64,000 nt of DNA from Vicugna vicugna (lineage: Eukaryota). The position numbers were made by a program, and so were the translations under genes. The number at the start of each line of letters is the position of its first letter. The first letter of the stretch is position 1. Positions 51,341-63,620 of this stretch are shown here, piece by piece. The notes beneath the pieces are model-generated. The model was given only the letters and a program-made list of their open reading frames with translations. It was not told where the DNA came from and did no database searches. The stretch covers positions 9,529,009 through 9,593,008 of the forward strand of contig MU058781.1 in NCBI GenBank assembly GCA_013265495.1, read 5' to 3'.

Positions 51341-52589
51341 AGGGAGCCTTAGAAAGCTTCTTAAGGCTTACGAGTCTCAACTCTCAGCCTTCTCACACGC
51401 AGCCCTTAGCCATTCAGAATATAAAGCAGCTGCAAGCAGGGAGAGGATGGAGAAGAGGCTTCTAAGGATGGGGATGGACCCTGTAGGGGATGAGAACTAA
51501 TCTTGATAGGCTTTTGTGTTTTATACCCAGAAGAATCACCCTGGGCTGATAATGATGAAGACCCGAGTAATTCCTTGAAATTGTGTTTCTTCCTGTTGGA
51601 TCACTTTGTTATGGCCATCACATTCCTGGCGTTGGATTTCTTTCAGTCTTGCCCCAAACTCTGCCCAGCCCTTATCCTGCCTATTCCATTGCTAGGGCCT
51701 TCATCCTTATTTATAATCCTACCACAGGCTGCCCAACGCTTCCTTTAGTGACCACAGATAGAACCTTGCTAAAGGCTTGGCCTCTGCATGGCCGATGCCC
51801 TGCTCTAGCCTGCTTCTGTGTGACCCCAGAAAGGCTTGCAGCATCACTGTCTTCTTTTCCCCGTTCACTGGGCAAATAAGCACGTGCTTTGTATACTGTG
51901 TGAGGCGCTCCCATTTCACTTCCAGTGTGTTAGACCAGAGTAGAGCACAGCACACTGACCCCCCCACTGCACGGATGAAAACTTGTCTCCAGGGCTCTGT
52001 TACCTCTCCTCCAACCCCTGCCTCCACATTTCCTGGCCTCCAAGTCCACCGCTTTGTATGTATTGCTCTGCTGCTGCAGAAGTTTCAGTGCTTTGCCAGT
52101 TATCATTAGGATGAGCTTTAAATTCTTAGACTGTGTTCCAGGCTTGCCCAGACTGGACTCCAGTTAGTTTCCAGTCGTGATATCTAAGTGGGAATGCTTT
52201 GCCCTGCTCCACCAGATACATTTGTGCTGCAGTATTTTAGCTTTGCCACAGCCACGTCCCCGCCAGCAACGACCCGTCTGCTCCTTGGCATTTACAAGTT
52301 TGAGCTGGACTTCAGTTGACAGTTCACTCTGGTTGTTCGAGGAAGCATCTCCAGCTATTCCAGTTAAAACTGACCCTTCCCTCCCCTGGAACTTCTCTCT
52401 CTTTTCTGCTCAGCCCTCATTTGGTGGGTAGCTTCTGCTTCTTAGGATGCTGCCCATGTCACTGTGAGTATGTTGGGCCCCTGATTAGGCTTGAAAGCCC
52501 CATAAGGGAAAGGATTTGGTTTATTCCCTTGTTTGGAAAAAAAAAAAAGAGTAATGACTGTAGCTGTTGATTGCTGGAGATGATGATAT

Positions 52590-52792
52590 TTGTTATTTTT
52601 CTGGGCACTAACTTTCACGTACTGTGCTGGTGTTTTGCATGCAGTATCTCATTTAATTTTCCAATTACCCTGTGACATAAAATTTGTACTGTTTTGCAAG
52701 AGAAAACTGAAGTTTATTTCATTTGGCTAATAGTTGGTGGGGAGCCTTGTTTTTAGATGTATCTGTTTTTAAAGCTTGTGCTCTTTCCACTG
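52590..52792 (-). mobile_element. MIR SINE
   Basis: actgtgctggtgttttgcatgcagtatctcatttaattttcc...accctgtga...agaaaactgaag...gtgctctttccact. Confidence 0.75.
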
Positions 52793-54204
52793 TTGAAATG
52801 GTATGTACTTGAAATTTGGATAATAGATATCAGAAAGAGGAGAGTGAGATTTCTAATATGATCTGAATACTCTGGAACCTGCTACCAAAGAGAAGGTATA
52901 ATGTACAGGCAGGGAAGGAGTCTGTTAGTGAGAGACACACACACAAAATTCTTTACATAAAACTGGTTTCATTCTCGTTTCCCTACTGGAAGATGAATGG
53001 GCAGTCAGTTCAGTTGAATCAGGTAATGGGAAACATTGACAGATAAGATGGTATCATTGATATCTGAAATGTATTTTAGTCAGTGGTTTTCAAGAGTCCT
53101 CTAAACTTGTTACACTAGAGATGTTTACAAGTAAGAACCCTGTTGGTTCTTGACTTTTTTTCTTCTAGACTTTCTTGGGAGGCAGCTTGTTTAGTGGAAG
53201 GAACATTCACTTTACAGCAGCAGGCAGTGTGGTTTTAGATTTTCATTGCATGTAAGAGGAGAAGGATGTAAGTGTAATTTTCTAAGTAGGTTGCTGGAAT
53301 TACATTTGTCTTTAACATCCAGCGGGTTATATATCATTCTATATTATTATTTTGGGGCTTTTTACAAAGGTAAATATTCTCTCATGGGTTCATTTAAATC
53401 ATTGACCTATACCATTCACTTGTGTCCTAAGGGAAAAAAACTATAACCTTAATGACAGTAAATGATTGATACTCATTTTTTAATGAATATATTATAATTT
53501 GATATGATTTAATTATTGTCATCATCACTTAAAAAGTCCCAGTAAATGGATACTGGAATCATCGAAGCCCTGAGCTCTAAGTAAATATTGATGTTGGCTT
53601 TTGATGCAATGTTCTGTGACAGAAGGAGCCCAGGAATAGAACTTCTGAGAAATTTGGGGCAAATGGTTTTACCCTCCAGGATCCAGGCTCCAAAAAAACC
53701 AAAATTAGAGAATCAGGCTGGATGGCCTCTAAGTTGAACTTTGTTTCAGAGTCTGTGCCTTTGGGTCCACTTCTTGCCTCATTAGTCTCTCCTCCAAAAG
53801 AAGACCTAATGTCTGACAGTGTCTGAGGAAATAGAAACAGCATGTTGATAAGGCTTGGAAAGACTATGGGAATGAAGTGGTTATTTCCTTCGCTCTGTGT
53901 TAAAAACAGCAGTGTGTGTCTTGAACATCAGAGAATGAATAGCATGCATCAAAGGGACTGTTAGTCCTACGTGATAAAGAAGTTAATGTCCTGTTGTGCA
54001 GCGTTTTTTTTTGTTTTGTTTTGTTTTGTTTTTTAACCTGTCTAAACATGGCCAAGAGTGGGTTGGGACTAAGGGTGGTAACTGTCCTGGAGCTTTTGTA
54101 ACTTGAAATAACCAAAGACAATCTTACTATCACAGTGTGACTCCTAAAATACACACGTATTATTTGCTCTCTCTCTGCAGAGCATTCTACCCAGGACTGA
54201 CTGA

Positions 54205-54335
54205 AAGTTAAGTCAGTATTACAGTCCCCATTTTTCAGATAAGGAAACTGAGGTGTAGGAGATGTGACTTCCCCATGGTCACACCAAGTACTAGAGTGAC
54301 CATCAAGTTGCTTCTAATTGTGCTCCACCACTATC
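54205..54335 (-). mobile_element. MIR SINE core
   Basis: gtccccatttttcagataaggaaactgagg...gtgacttccccatggtcacac. Confidence 0.8.
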
Positions 54336-55032
54336 TCAGGTCGTTTCCCTCTGCTCATTTCTGTTAATATCAGGCATTTGGCCTAAAGGATTATTTACGG
54401 GCTCCAGGTCCAGCCCCCTGTGTCTGTAGTTAGCTGTGTATAGTGTGTTTGCTGAAACTCACTACCAGATCTTTTTGATGTGGTGACTTAATTAAATGTT
54501 GAATAATAATGAAACAAACTAGTATAGGAAGTGTGAAAATGCTGTTTACACCTGACAAAATCAACTCACTGTTATGTCTATCAGGGTACAAGAAGGCAAA
54601 CTGTAAAGTGCTAGACAAAGGTCTTTTCTATCATCTTCTCATTCTCAAACTGAGGGATGAACAAAACTGATAGGATAAAATGAGTATTTGTTTCAGTTGT
54701 ATGTTTCCTTCCCAAAATACTCATGGGGCAGTCTGATTTCCATTTTTAGAATAATTCATTGCCTTATTTTCTTGTAGATCCTAATATTGTATGAAAAATA
54801 TATTTCATTAAAAAGTGAAAAGACACAGTATTTAAAAATAGATGTTTTGGGATTGATACCTCCTGGTAGCTTTCACCTTGGTTCCTAAGGTAGTTGCCTC
54901 AGATGTTGAGAGTTGTCCTATGTTTGATCTGTTGACATTGAGTTGAAATTGTAGTTGTAGAATTTTTCTTCTATTCTAGGTTGCTGAGTCAGGGCTCAAG
55001 TAATGAATTTTTTCCTACTAATTGAACCTTCT

Positions 55033-55249
55033 GTCTATTTAAATTTAAAATAAAGTCAACTAACATTTAAATAAAAATGTGGCTATTTAAATTTAAAATA
55101 AAGTCAACTAACATTAAATAAAACTGAAAATTCAGTTCCTCCCTTAGGAAGAGCCACATTTCACATGCTTGTAACTGGAGGCGACCAGGCTGAAAGTTTT
55201 AGATACAGACCATTTCTATTATTGCAGGAAGTTTTGTTGGACAATGAGG
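55033..55249 (-). mobile_element. MER3-like hAT MITE with a 48-bp tandem duplication
   Basis: atgtggctatttaaatttaaa...aaaattcagttcctc...agccacatttca...gaagttttgttggaca. Confidence 0.85.
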
Positions 55250-55269
55250 ATTTAAGGTCATTTTAGTGA

Positions 55270-56860
55270 TTTTTTAAAATACTTTTATTTTTATGATAAT
55301 TTAAAAAGTTGACTATTTAGAGGAATTTAAGGTTCACAGCAAAATTGAGAGGTTTTCCATATACCCGAACTCCACACATGCATAGCCTCCCCCATTTTCA
55401 ACATTCTCTCACCAGAGTGGTACATCTGAGAAACCTACATTGACACATCATCACTGAAAGTTCATAGTTCATTTTTGATATTGTACACTTTTAAGGTTTG
55501 GACACATGTGTAATAATACGTATCCATCATTATAGTATACAAAGAATTTTCACTGCCCTAAAAATCCTCTACTTTACACCTGTTCATTTCTCCCCACCCC
55601 TGGCAACTACTAATCTTTTTACTGTCTCATAGTTTTGCCTTTTTGCACTTTTCCAGAATGTAATCGAGTTGGTATCATACAATATGTTAGCATTTTCAGA
55701 TTTGGCTTCTTTCCCTTAGTAATAAGCATTTAAGTTTCCTCTGTGTCTTTTCACAGGTTGATAGCTTATTCGTTTATTTTATTTTTTTTAGAATTGAATA
55801 ATAGTCCATTATCTGATTATACCATAGCTTCTTTATTCCATTCACCTACTGAAGGGCATCTTGGTTGCTTGCAAGTTTTGACAGTCGTGAATAAAGTTGT
55901 CATAACTGAGTGCAGGCTTTTATGTGGACATAAGTATTCAACTCCTTTCGGTAAATACCAAGGACTGTGGTTGCTGGATCATACGGTAAGAGAATCTATG
56001 GTTTTGGAAGAAATTGTCAAACTGTCCTTAAAAGTGGCTGTACCATTTTGTGTCCCAACCAGCAATGAATGAGAGTTCCTGTTGTTTCGCATCCTCGTCA
56101 GCATTGGTGTTGTCAGTGTTCTGGATTTTGGCCATTGAGATGGGTGTGCAGTGATATCACATCATCCTAATTTGCATTTCCTTGATGACACATGATGAGT
56201 TATCTTTTCATATGTTTCTTTGTATATCTTCTTTGGTGAGGCATCTGTTAAGATCTTTAGCCCATTTTTTATTATGCTGTTTTCTTACTGAGTTTCAAAA
56301 GTTCTGTGTATATTTTGGCTAACAGTCCTTTATCAGGTGTGTCTCTTGCAAATGACTTTTTCTCTCATTCTTGTGACATTTTCTTTGACAGAGCAGAGGT
56401 TTTTAATCTTTTTTTTTTAACAGAGGTTTTTAATCTTAATGAAGCCCAGCTTATCAATTTTTTCATGGACTGTGCCTTGGTGTTCTATCTAACAAGTCAT
56501 GATCATACCCAGGGCCATCTAGGTTTTCTCTTTATGTTATCTTCTAGGACGAGGTATATGGATATGCATTTTACATTTAAATTTTCTGTGATCCATTTTG
56601 AGTTAATTTTTGTGAAGGGCTGTGTCTAGGTTAATTTTATGTGAATGTCCAGTTCTGGCACCATTCGTTGCAAATGCTGCCCTTTGTGCATTGTGCTGCC
56701 TTGACTCCTTTGTCAAAGACCAGTTTTGCACTGTATGTATGTGGGTCTATTTCTGGACTCTCTATTCTGTTCCACTGATCTGTTTGTTTATTCTGTAGGC
56801 AGGACCACACTGTCTTGATTACTGCAGCTCTATGATAGTTCTTGAGGTTGAGTGGTGATG
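55270..56860 (-). mobile_element. L1MC1-like 3' end (about 1.6 kb)
   Basis: aggttcacagcaaaattgag...cacacatgcatagcctccccc...caccagagtggtaca...acctacattgacacatcat, then ORF2-end motifs to tgtgggtctatttctggactctctattctgttcca. Confidence 0.9.
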
Positions 56861-59800
56861 ATCTGCTCTTAATTATCTGTTTATTTGGATTAAAACATTT
56901 TGAACTGGGTTATTGCCATGAAAGGTAGCCAGATCTTGTTGCTGGAAGAAGTTCTGGTATGTGAAGTGTGCTGTGGGAACTCAGAGAGAGATCTAATTCC
57001 ACCTATGCAGCTGTGGATTATGTTGTTTGCTGTAGTATATGTAATAGCATTGGCTACTGTAATTTAACCTTGTTTCACAGTATATATTCTAAAGAACTGT
57101 AATTTATTCATGACATTGCGCTGCTGATTTTGACTGGTTGTCTCTTTGGCAAGTGGACTTGGTAATAAGCAGCCACAGACTGAAACTAATTTAGTATAAA
57201 ATCCGAACACAGGGAGTCTTAAGTTACAGAACTACTTGTTAAAGTTCTTTTTGTAGTCTAGAGATTGTCCTGCAGAAATTCACCCTTGAGGACCACAGAG
57301 CTGAACAGACTGTCTGGTGGCTGTCTGTCCAAGTTCCTTGAGGCAAAGAATAGAGACAATGGATCCTTGTTCTTTGACAGCTTTATTGAATGTATTCGGT
57401 CCCAAGTTTTGAATAATTTGTTCAACTAGAGATATTTTGTGCTGTGAGTAAAAATTTTTTTTGGTATGAAATTGAATCCTTATAGTATCTTCAGAGTAAC
57501 TTTAACATTTGCCAGATCTCTGTATCTACTGCCTGACTCTGGCTAGGTGTCCAGACGCCTTTACCATTTGAAAAAACTCTGCATTTCTGATTTTTGTCAT
57601 CCTTAGTAACAGCTGCGAAGTGTAGAAAGTATGTTTAAAAAAGATATAAAAATGATAGGTTTTAATGTTTCTATCCTGCTCCCTCCAGGCATACAATGTT
57701 TGATCAGTGTTTCCTAACTCATGTGTTTTTCACTTACAGATTAACCAGCAGAGCATTGTATAAGTGATAATTTACAAGCTGCACAATTAGTTTAATGGCA
57801 ATAAAAGAACAACTGGACAGGCGTCCTCCAAGGGCTTATATGAAATTGAATATGAACTTGGAGGATACTTTGTTTTTAACTGGTCCTGATGGTTCTTGAA
57901 AATCTTTGGTGGTTGTGAACACTTTTGCTTAACACCGTTTGCTGTGAGTTAGCTTGATATGATGCTTTTTGCTTTGTCAAGATGTTTTTCTTGTTCTGTT
58001 GCTACTATTTTTAAACACCAGACCCCATGTATAGTATTAGGGTGAAGGAACTGTTACCTCCTGGGCCCTGGCAAGCCCCCTCATTTAAGATAACTCTTTA
58101 TGGTGAGGACTGAAGCAGGAGTGAGTGGGTACGTTGGTGCCCCCAGTAATGTGATCTTAGCTTCCTGTGTTCTGTAGCTTACCATGGGTGTCAGCTGTTT
58201 ATCATCCTTCCACATTCTGTGCAGTTCAGACCTGGTCAGATGAAAGCTTAGAATACTTCTGTAGTCAATTAAGAGTGCATGCCAAAGAGTCCATCTGGCA
58301 GATGGCTTCACAGCATTTACTGTCCTAAGAGTTGTCTCTGTTAAGTGATGACCCTACTGGTTGTGGTTGCCATGCTAGAAACCGGCCCCCTTGAAAGTGG
58401 TATGTTGTTTAGGTTGCGTTGGTTTTATGATTCACTTTGGTTTTAAGTAACTCGAAGAATTTAGCTAATGTAATCATCTCTAGTCCCTTTCTATTCTCGT
58501 GAATGATTTACCTAGATTTGAATAGCGATTGCGCAACCCTTCCCAAGTAAACAGGCAGAAGATGTTCATTTTGCAACCAGGCGGGGGCGGCACTTTAGAA
58601 TTTGTTGGCTTTGTTTGGAGGCTCAGAGCAGAAAGAGAAAATGGATGAGGCCTATGTTTCAGAGTAGCCAGTGGCTCATGGTTATGCTGGAATACTTTAA
58701 TATGAGGAGTTGTGGGAGTGAATGAAGGAAGAGATACGAGTGCAGTGTTGACTACTATTAAAGTAATACTGCCCAAATTTGAGATGCTTCTCATTCTGTG
58801 TGAAAGGAAGCTGTGAGTATATATGCAGGGGGAAAAAAAGAGATCATGCAAAGTTTGGTTTTGAAAAGTCAGAGTCTTTTTTTTAGTCCCTGCTTGGTAT
58901 TAGGGATTTCAAGAAAACAGTATGTATTTGTATCTTCCGTTTCTGGTTAACTTGATTTTCTAATCTTTCATATTTGGCCAGCTACTTTCTGAGAACATAT
59001 TGTGCACATGTTCTGATGCTGTGTGAAGGCCCTCTGAGAGACAAGAGTTGATTGAAGGCTCTCAGTTCTACTGAAGTGGGTGGCCACAGGGCTCACACCG
59101 AGCAGCTGCCGCACATTCACTGAACTTTTGTCATTTATAAATTATTTTCCATGCCATCTGGAGCAAGAATGGTGCCATGGTTTAGAGATACACTTCGTGG
59201 GGTGCATTCACACCCAGTGCTTTTGCAGTGTGCTCAGTACTACAGTCAACTGATGTTTTAAAATCTTGGTTTGCTTGGAGACTGAAGATGTGAATCAGTG
59301 AGTGATTTCTTTAAATGCCTTATTAAAGACACTACCTTACACCCTTTCCAGCTTTGCCCCCTTCCTCCCTCTGTCCCTTCCAGGGACTGCATCCTGCCTG
59401 CTTTCAGCTCCAGTGGAAAATACATTAATCCCAGAGTCTCCATGAGGTTTCCTGTTTGATGACATAATCAGAAAATCCTCCTCACTTTGCCCTTGGGGTT
59501 GCTGTCTGGATGTTATGTTGTCTTGGTGGGCGTAACTCAGACGTCAAAAAAAAAATTGACATAGGCTGTAAACTCAGAGCCTGAAATGCATTAATATCCT
59601 GGTAAAAGAAATAAAGTGGTGGGCGTGTCTGCAGCCCTTGTGGGGAATTTCATTAATCTGCAGATTCTTGCTGGCATTGCAGGCACTGGCTGGCGACTCC
59701 CATGCATACGGCGGCGTGAACTGGTGCAATGGCACTAGCAAGAGGCATTTGAACTGCTCTAGAGTCGGCTGCTAGACCACACCTTGTGGAAAAATACCAT

Positions 59801-61109
59801 ACGCTCTTGGCTACTCGGCTACTCGACTTCGGTTGTGTTGACTTAAGTTAGTTCCCCCCGCCCCCAGCCTGTTTACCTAAAGAGTTTTGCCTTTAGTCAC
59901 AGGAAGCTGGGACAAAGAAAACTACTGGAAAGAGTCAGAAGGTGGGAATACGTTTTAAAATAGGGAAAAAAAGCAAAAAAACCATGAGGGTATCTGACAT
60001 GTAAAGTAGTTTGTAAAAGTTCTGAAGTTAAGCTGTCGTGAGGCAGAAACCTCGGTAGCTGTGAATTCCTTGGAAAGGAGAAACTGCCATTTAAATGTTG
60101 AACCAAGAGTATGACCTGTAGCGCCAAAGGCCAGGTACAGTTTTACAAGTGTAGACGTTTATGGCCATAGGAAAAGTAATGTATGCTCAAACATGGATCT
60201 TCCCTTCAGTATTTGGAGCATTTTGCCTGGTTTTTGTTGCTGTTTTGGGAGGCTGCCATGACCCACCATTTGGTTGCCTTAGATTGAGGTCTCTCCTGCC
60301 TTGGATCTCGGAAGTCCAGGCTGGACTGGTGCTCGATCAGCACGAGGACAAGGAGCAGGCCCCTTTGCAGGATTTACACATTCAGGATGCGGGCCGCCTT
60401 CATGACTCTTTCTCCTGTGTTATACGAGCCTCTCAGGTTGAGTGCTGCAGGGACCACTAAGAACAAGAGGACAGATGTTGCCAGATGAAGTTGCCCTGAA
60501 GGAAGTAAAAGAAGGAAGGAGAGGGCATTAACCCCAGGCCCAGCAAGTTGAAAGCTTGGGGAGAAATGTCACCTTTTCTACTTCTTATGTTGGAGATGTC
60601 TTTGGGTTTCCCATATTACATTCTAAGCACCAGTATACCATTGACAGCTGCTACCCATGTGTTTGGGGGAGTTTGGACCACATGACACTGGAATGAAAAA
60701 ATACATACTCCTTTATGGATGTGGTGAACATTTTTGAAGTTTGAAAATCACTGCTGCACGAACTCTAAAGCCTAAGAGTTCTGTGTCTCAAGTCCTGTGA
60801 TTGGTGTAATGCTGTCGTGCCTGCACATCCACACTGTGAGCATTTACTCTCAAAACAGGTTCTCTTAACCATTGCCTTGTACTGCAACAGTGGTACTCTC
60901 AGGGTGGGACAGGATCTGAAGTATCACATCTGGGTGAATCACTTTTTCTACTGATACTGTTTTTTCCACATGTTTCCTGAGCTGAGTTGAGTGTAGCTGA
61001 TGACAGAGTCCATACTTTCCAGTGTCCGTTCAGTCTTTGGTTACCTCACACACTTGTATTGGTCAGAAATCTAGGTTTCCTTTTTGGTGACTTAGTACTG
61101 CCCCTACTT

Positions 61110-61672
61110 CGCTAAGCTGAAACTGCAGTTCTCCAGAGTACTTTTCTCTCAAGAGTCCCCTTGTGAGGATCTTGATTAGGCTTGGGCACAACAGAAATGT
61201 ACAAGGTTTCAGAGGTGGACGTGAAGGAGCAGCCGGTTTTCAAGCTCTGGGGACTGGCGTAGGGAGCCAGGCACGGTGCCTCTCCCATGCCTTGTTCACC
61301 TCTGGCCTCTAGTGCTGGGGTGGGGCTGCCCTGGGGTCCCCTCCTCTTCGATCTGCTCTTTTGGCTTCTCCAGGTCCTAGGGCTGTGCAGAGCGTGTGGC
61401 TCTGTGGCGAAGGCACCACCTTCTCCTGCAGGTCCCACCTCATCGTTCATGTTGGAGATGGTGAGAGATGTGGGTCTCAGTTTTTCCTTGTTTGCCCTCA
61501 CTTCATGTCCAGCTCTCCTTCTCAGCTGTCTGCCTACATGAACTATTGGCAATTCCAGACCAGACCACAGACACAGCTCCTACAATTGCATATGATTTAA
61601 TTCCTTTAGTAAATCCTTTATATTTTATTACTCATAGTGCTGTATATCATTTCCTGATCAGACTCTGACTAA
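61110..61672 (+). mobile_element. ERVL-type solo LTR (LTR16/LTR33/LTR41-like)
   Basis: Starts ctaagctgaaactgcagttctccaga and ends agtaaatccttta...tactcatagtg...ttcctgatcagactctgacta. Confidence 0.7.
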
Positions 61673-61689
61673 GGAATGCTTGAATTGTT

Positions 61690-62880
61690 CTTTCTTTCCT
61701 CTCATGACATAGTCTTAACACATGACTTATATTTGAAGACAGCTGTTTCTCTTGCTACACATAGATGGCCTTTTCTCTAGTTGAACACCTGTCATTCCTT
61801 CAGTATTCTTTATTTGATGTGATTTCCTATAACCTCATCATCCTGATAACTGTTCTCCAGTTGTCGTCCATCCCTCTTATGGCCTTGTCAAAATGTTGAA
61901 TGGTACCACTTAGGTGGGTTGTGACCAGCAGAGAGAAGGGTCACTGTGATCCTTCTTACTCTTGGTAATTAATACAGCTTGGCTGGATTAGCAGATTTAC
62001 TGTCTCATTAAACTCATTGGGCCAAATGTTTTCGAACATCCATGTAACATCATGGCACCCATCTGGACTCACTGGGACTCTATTTGATGTCATTTCTCAG
62101 ATACTTCCCCTGACTTAACGCTTGTTAAGATCTATTTGTCCTGCATCTGTAGTTCTTTACTGTCCCAAGTTTTAGTCAAAATGTGAGGTCAAAAGACTTG
62201 AGGTTAAGTCCCAGCTCTATTTTCTAGCTTTGTTATTTGAAATGAATAATTTAACCAGGATTTCTGTTTCCTCACTTATAAACTAGAAAATAATGTTTTA
62301 ACTCCCTCATTGAATAGTTGTGAAGGCAAAGAGTTTGTAGTTCAGGTAGAGGTATTTGTAGGTCAAAAAATAATGTACAACACAAATATTTTCATTTAGC
62401 AGTTTTAAGGTAAGATAAATACTCTTTCTTTTGTTTCACCCAGGTGATTGTTTAAAAAAACAAAAACAAAAACATGGTGAAGCAAAGGGACCAAGGACAA
62501 AACCTGATCTCTAGGAAACTTCCATACAATAGTATTGATTGGATGTTCATGGCATTTTGATTCAGATGCTGATTAGTCTAACAAAGTGCCCTGGCGTTGA
62601 GCCCATTTTCTTACAGCTTGTCCTTTATGTTGTCATGAGAACCTTTGTCAGATTCCTTCCTCAATTCCAAATGTATCTTATCTGGTGTCTTTTCCTCATC
62701 TTCCAGGCTACTCGCCTTGTCAGAGGAGGAAGTGAGGTTTGTCTTGTTCTTGGGCCCACATTGTGTGCCAGGATTGTTGCTTTCTCTTCTGAGGAACGAT
62801 TTTCCAAGAACCTTGCTCAGGATCGACAGCTGAGTGCACTGGTGGGGTGCAGTGTTGGGATTCTTTCTTGTCATTTTTCT
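61690..62880 (-). mobile_element. L3/CR1 LINE remnant including RT domain, interrupted by a MIR
   Basis: ORF 62611-62874 KNKTNLTSSSDKASSLEDEEKTPDKIHLELRKESDKGSHDNIKDKL aligns by eye with CR1 RT (KSCQTNLISFFDRVTSLVDEGNAVDVIYLDFSKAFDKVSHDIL..KL). GFVLGP near 62485-62505 corresponds to QGSVLGP. 61770-61980 matches reverse L3 DNA. Confidence 0.8.
62180..62332 (+). mobile_element. MIR SINE nested in L3
   Basis: aagacttgaggttaagtcccagctct...tctgtttcctcacttataaa...gttgtgaagg. Confidence 0.75.
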
Positions 62881-63419
62881 CTACTGTCACTTTGAAAGTG
62901 GGAACTTTACTTTCCTCATCTCCAAGCTTTTGGCACCAATTCTGTTTCTCCATCAGTATTCACAAGAAGGGAAATTCAAGAGCAATTAACTTTTGGGCCC
63001 AGATTGCATTTACATTGCCTTTCTGATGCCTCATCTCATTTTTGCCAAGGATGTGGTAAACCCTTAGCAGCGGTGCGGTGTGTCTCCTGTTGTAAAATCA
63101 GATTAGTTAAAATCCATGCAGATGGAAGACCTTAGAAATGTATCCTTAAACACTATAAGTGCATTTAAAAATACAGTTTTGCTTTCAATTCCTTTATGAA
63201 AGCAAAGCAAACAACATAAAAAGCCAATAGATCATTAAGGATATTATAATAACAGAATTTTATTTTTGAAAAACCGTATTTGTTTGTAAGTGAAGAAAAT
63301 CTGAGAAGCCTATTAGATTTTTTTTTTTAACTGGGCCCTGTTAATGTAATGTAGACATGGACAGATGATAGAATGATTTGCTCTTAGGGTTTTGTTCTCA
63401 AATAATAATACTAATAAAA

Positions 63420-63620
63420 TAATATTAAGCAATTAACTGCTGTGTTCTATGCTATATTTCAGACATTTTACATGTATTAGTACTCTGCAAGGAAGGGGGT
63501 TGCAAATCTTGGAGATGAGAAAACTGACTGAGACAATTTGAGTAAAATGTTTAATAAGTGCAAAGCTGAATTGAATTTAGATCATCTGATTGCAAAGCTG
63601 CAGGTTTTTCCATTATACCA
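63420..63620 (-). mobile_element. MIR SINE (degraded)
   Basis: cattttacatgtatta...agatgagaaaactga...gcaaagctgaattgaatttagatcatctgatt...tttttccattatacca. Confidence 0.6.

Noticed and set aside
57710..57950. Acceptor-like cctaac...ttttttcacttacag with a distant gtgagt
   Set aside because: The donor is weak on the exonic side and there is no coding signal; such sites are common by chance in introns.
61112..61552. 146-aa minus-strand ORF
   Set aside because: Lies wholly within a solo LTR; a chance ORF.
62420..62560. Strong acceptor-like site followed by ATG and a short ORF
   Set aside because: Overlaps the antisense L3 remnant and an A-rich simple repeat; no matching donor.
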